Assembly: GCA_963782055.1 (NCBI GenBank)
Contig: CAWAIF010000003.1
Location: 4,768,001 to 4,832,000 of the forward strand
DNA: 64,000 nucleotides
Reading direction: 5' to 3'
Origin: an uncultured delta proteobacterium
GTDB lineage: Bacteria > Myxococcota_A > Polyangia > Polyangiales > Polyangiaceae
Shown: positions 60,650 through 64,000 of the stretch, one piece after another
Layout of the letters: each line of letters starts with the position of its first letter
Position numbering within the stretch: the first letter of the stretch is position 1
Made by a program: the position numbers and the translations under genes
The notes under the pieces: model-generated
Seen by the model: only the letters and a program-made list of their open reading frames with translations
The model's database searches: none
What the model was told of the DNA's origin: nothing

Positions 60650-61771
60650 TCAGGGTACGACCTTGTGCACCACCACCGGCTGCGACGCGCCCGCGTCTCC
60701 GCTCGGGTCCTCCACCACGTACGTCACCATGTTGGCGTTCGGCTCGTTGCAGGCGAAGTGCACCGTGTGCTTGCCGGCGCCGTAGGGGCTGAGCACCCCC
60801 AGGCCGACAGCATCCTGCGGGGCGGCCACCAGCAGCGGCGTGCCGCTCTGCACCACGGTGTCGGAGGACACGTCCAGGATCTGCGCGCTCTTGATCAGCG
60901 CGGGCATCTGCGGGTCCTGCCCGCCCTGGCCGTCCAGCACGATCACCACCCCTCCGCTCTGCTCGAAGGTGGCGAGCGCCGAGGCCCACCCCGCGCCGAT
61001 GCCCGCGAGCGTGCTGGCCGGCGCCTTCGACTGGTCGTAGACGACCAGCACGTCGGTGTTCTGGTTGGTCATCGCCGAGCTCACGTCGGACGGCTGCGAG
61101 GCGGTGGTGTAGGTCACCGTCCGGTTCTGCGCCTGCGCCGCGGCGGTGATGACCGACTTCACCGCGTTGACGGCGTTGGGCGCCGCGTACTGCTCGTAGG
61201 AGCGCACCTGGATGGTGTTGCCCGGCGGCAGCGTCGCCGCGTTGCCGAGCACCTTGGCCTGCGCGGCGGAGTACGCGCCGGCGAAGTCGTGTCCGATGAC
61301 CACCGCGTGGCCTGCCACGCTGCCCTGGCACTTGCCCGCCGAGCAGAGCAAGGACTGGCAGACGTTGCCGCACCCGCCGCAGTTGAAGGGGTCGGTCATG
61401 GGGTCGACGCAGACCGCGTTGCAGACGATCTGGCCCTGCGGGCACCCGCCGCCGCCGTCGGCGTCGGTGACCGCGCCGTCGCCCGCGCCGCCGTCACCCA
61501 CCGCGCCGTCGCCGGTGCCGCCGTCGCCCGTCGCGCCGTCGCCCGTCGCGCCGTCGCGGCTCGCGTCGATCCTGGAGCCGTCGGCGTCGCCGGAGTCCCC
61601 CTGGCCCCCGCCGTCACCGTTGACGTCCCCCGCGGGCACGCACGCCTCGCCGACGAGCACGTAGCCGGGCGCGCACTCGCCGCCGACGAGCGCGTTGTCC
61701 GCGCCGCACCCCGCCCCCGCCGCGAGGAGCGCGCCGGCCGTCAGCGCAGCGAGCGCCGCCACGAGCTTCAT
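60650..61771 (-). CDS. Lipoprotein with DG-rich linker and Stig1-like Cys repeat
   Basis: Lipobox GAGC; (G)DGATG repeats; CVDPMTDPFNCGGCGNVC; ATGA overlap with the OmpA gene. Confidence 0.8.
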   Translation of the reverse strand: MKLVAALAALTAGALLAAGAGCGADNALVGGECAPGYVLVGEACVPAGDVNGDGGGQGDSGDADGSRIDASRDGATGDGATGDGGTGDGAVGDGGAGDGAVTDADGGGGCPQGQIVCNAVCVDPMTDPFNCGGCGNVCQSLLCSAGKCQGSVAGHAVVIGHDFAGAYSAAQAKVLGNAATLPPGNTIQVRSYEQYAAPNAVNAVKSVITAAAQAQNRTVTYTTASQPSDVSSAMTNQNTDVLVVYDQSKAPASTLAGIGAGWASALATFEQSGGVVIVLDGQGGQDPQMPALIKSAQILDVSSDTVVQSGTPLLVAAPQDAVGLGVLSPYGAGKHTVHFACNEPNANMVTYVVEDPSGDAGASQPVVVHKVVP

Positions 61772-63141
61772 CGGTCCTCCTTGGGCATCGAGAGCGACTG
61801 CGTCTTGGTGATCTGGAACTCCACGCGCCGGTTCTTCCGCAGCGCCTGCACCGTCCTGCCGGTGGCCCGCGGCTTCTTGTCACCGTAACCGTGCGTCTTG
61901 ATGCGCGAGTCCGCCACGCCGAACTTCACCAGCAGCCGCTTCACGCTCTGCGCGCGGGACCGCGAGAGCATCAGGTTGTGTTGCTCGGTGCCGCGCTCGT
62001 CGGCGTGCCCCTCGATGTCGACCTCCTCGATGTCGGGGTTGGCCAGCAGCAGCTCCGCCACCTTCTTGACGATGGGCCAGCTCTCGTGGCGCACCCGCGG
62101 GCTGTCGGTGCCGAAGAGGATGACCTCGTCGAGCTCGATCTCGTCACCGGCGACGCGCACCGAGCCGGCCGCGGGCGGGCACCCGTTGGTCTTCGGATCG
62201 TTGGTCGGCACTCCGACGACGTCGGGGCACGCGTCCTCCACGTCGGGGATGCCGTCGGCGTCGCGGTCGGCGGCGGGGCACCCGTTCGTCTTGGGGTCGG
62301 TGGTGCGCACGCCGGGCGTGTCCGGGCACGCGTCCTCGTCGTCGTAGACCGCGTCGCCGTCGCGGTCGGTGCGCGGGCAGCCGTTGGTCTTCGGGTCGGT
62401 GGTGCGGCGGCCGGGGACGGTCGGGCACGCGTCCTCGTCGTCGTAGACCGCGTCGCCGTCGCGGTCGGTGCGCGGGCAGCCGTTGGTCTTCGGGTCGGTG
62501 GTGCGGCGGCCGGTCACGTCCGGGCACGCGTCCTCGTCGTCGTAGACCGTGTCCTTGTCGCGATCGGTGCGCGGCGGCGGCTTGGGCGGCGGCGCGCCGA
62601 GCCCCACCTCGATCCCGAACGCCAGGATGTGCGCGTCCTCGGGGCGCGGCCCCTCCCCGAGCTGGAAGATGTGCGTGTAGCCGACGTAAGGGCCGAGATC
62701 GAAGCGGCCCTTGCCCACGCGGAAGTCCCAGCCCACGTGCGCGTCGAAGCCGGGCCGCGCGACGTTGCCGGTGGGCGCGAGCCCGCCGTTGGCGTCCAGC
62801 CACAGACCGCCGGGCTTCGCGGAGAAGGGGCGCACCCGCACGCCGAGCATCGCCCCGATGCCGATGCCGGTGCCCTTGGCCACCAGCGAGGGATCGTCGT
62901 TGCTGCCCGCCGAGAGCACGATGGTCGAGACCTCCGCCTGCACGCCGAACGGCCCCGCGACGGGGATCTCCACCGAGACCGCCCCCGCTCCGCCGAAGCC
63001 GAACTGCGTCTGTTGCGGCGCGCCGACGGCGTGAGCGAGCCCGCCGCCCACGTGCAGCCTCACCGGGTCCGCCTGCGCGCTGCGCGAGAGGGTCATCGCG
63101 CTCGCGGCGGCGAGGAGGACGAGGAGTGCGTGCCGGCCCAT
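61768..63141 (-). CDS. Outer-membrane beta-barrel + TSP3 Ca-binding repeats + OmpA domain protein
   Basis: Signal peptide, amphipathic beta-strands, four D.D.D...D..DACP repeats, IEGHADERG...N..LS..RA...NRRVEF. Confidence 0.92.
   Translation of the reverse strand: MGRHALLVLLAAASAMTLSRSAQADPVRLHVGGGLAHAVGAPQQTQFGFGGAGAVSVEIPVAGPFGVQAEVSTIVLSAGSNDDPSLVAKGTGIGIGAMLGVRVRPFSAKPGGLWLDANGGLAPTGNVARPGFDAHVGWDFRVGKGRFDLGPYVGYTHIFQLGEGPRPEDAHILAFGIEVGLGAPPPKPPPRTDRDKDTVYDDEDACPDVTGRRTTDPKTNGCPRTDRDGDAVYDDEDACPTVPGRRTTDPKTNGCPRTDRDGDAVYDDEDACPDTPGVRTTDPKTNGCPAADRDADGIPDVEDACPDVVGVPTNDPKTNGCPPAAGSVRVAGDEIELDEVILFGTDSPRVRHESWPIVKKVAELLLANPDIEEVDIEGHADERGTEQHNLMLSRSRAQSVKRLLVKFGVADSRIKTHGYGDKKPRATGRTVQALRKNRRVEFQITKTQSLSMPKEDR
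62176..62571 (-). repeat. Four 99-nt tandem coding repeats (33-aa TSP3-type units)
   Basis: Unit RTDRDGDAVYDDEDACP..PGRRTTDPKTNGCP; three units are nearly identical at DNA level. Confidence 0.9.
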
Positions 63142-63427
63142 ATGGCAGACATACGGCCGCTTCTCTCCCGACTTGCGGCAAGAGTCGTTGCGCACATGCG
63201 CGCACACGGACACCTGCGTCACGGGCTTCCTGACAACTGTGAATGGCCGGTCATGGGCGCCCTGATTTCCTGCGGGGAAGCCGCGCCCGCCGGCTGGCGT
63301 AGAGCTTGCTCGAGCTGGCAGCTGGCGCGCTGGACCCTGGGGGGTCTTTCGCGTTACGTTCAAGGAGATCGTCGTCGTCGTTCGCGCGTCGAATCGTTGG
63401 TGCGCACCCCTCGTCCTACCCACTGAG

Positions 63428-64000
63428 ATGTCCAACGAAGCCCCTCCCAGCAACGGCCTGGTCGCCGGGAAGTACGAGCTGCTCCGCATGATCGGTCGGG
63501 GTGGCATGGGATCGGTGTGGGAGGGGCGTCACGTCTCGCTGAGCACGCGCGTCGCCATCAAGTTCATCGAGAGCGAGTACACGGACAACGAGGAGGCCCG
63601 CAAGCGCTTCGACAACGAGGCGCGCGCCGCCGCCGCCCTCCAGTCCAAGCACGCGATCCAGATCTTCGACCACGGCGTCACCGACGACGGCAAGCCCTAC
63701 ATCGTCATGGAGCTGCTCGTCGGCGAGCCGCTCGACAAGCGCCTGGAGCGCGCGCGTCGCCTCTCCCCGCAGGAGACGGCGGTCATCGTGCAGCAGGTCT
63801 GCCGCGCGCTGCAGAAGGCGCACGACCACGGCATCGTCCACCGCGACCTCAAGCCGGAGAACATCTTCCTCGTCCGTTCGGAGGAGGAGGAAGAGGTCGC
63901 CAAGGTCCTGGACTTTGGCATCGCCAAGATGAAAAACCCCACGCAGGAGCAGGGCGTCTCCTCCAGCACCAAGACCGGCGCGGTGCTCGGCACGCCCTAT
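63428..64000 (+). CDS. Ser/Thr protein kinase (3'-truncated by the window edge)
   Basis: Translated by hand from ATG 63428: GRGGMGSVW, VAIK, HRDLKPEN, DFGIAK, GTPY. Absent from the ORF track because it has no stop in the window. Confidence 0.92.
   Translation, partial: MSNEAPPSNGLVAGKYELLRMIGRGGMGSVWEGRHVSLSTRVAIKFIESEYTDNEEARKRFDNEARAAAALQSKHAIQIFDHGVTDDGKPYIVMELLVGEPLDKRLERARRLSPQETAVIVQQVCRALQKAHDHGIVHRDLKPENIFLVRSEEEEEVAKVLDFGIAKMKNPTQEQGVSSSTKTGAVLGTPY

Noticed and set aside
62176..62571. Regularly spaced direct repeats resembling a CRISPR array
   Set aside because: In-frame 99-nt coding repeats without unique spacers, and no cas genes

Overview
A very GC-rich, gene-dense chromosomal window. 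Its content points to Myxococcota, probably a Polyangiaceae-like lineage (inference from four eukaryotic-type Ser/Thr kinases, FHA proteins, many Cys-rich lipoproteins with Asp-Ala-Gly linkers and a TSP3/OmpA protein). Housekeeping blocks are yceD-rpmF-fabH-fabD-fabG-acpP-fabF-nrdR-ribD-def, purF, a class II DAHP synthase, trpS and polA. I found no rRNA, tRNA, CRISPR array or transposase. Two single-base frameshifts (fabF and a tandem Cys-rich paralog) look like long-read errors. The best candidate for an undescribed system is a DUF692 (MNIO) + DUF2063 pair converging on a small lipoprotein with two CxGxNxCxG repeats, i.e. a possible lipid-anchored bufferin-like RiPP. That pair sits at the end of a cobB-hydrolase-SDR-ERG24-like gene run. 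Other leads are a sigma54-type promoter followed by a hairpin sRNA with a C-rich loop, a three-copy 30-bp palindromic repeat, a MarR-BKACE-crotonase-carboxyltransferase operon, a UshA-like/tetraheme cytochrome fusion and an FHA-TadA pseudo-ATPase. All family assignments come from motif recognition by eye, not from database searches.
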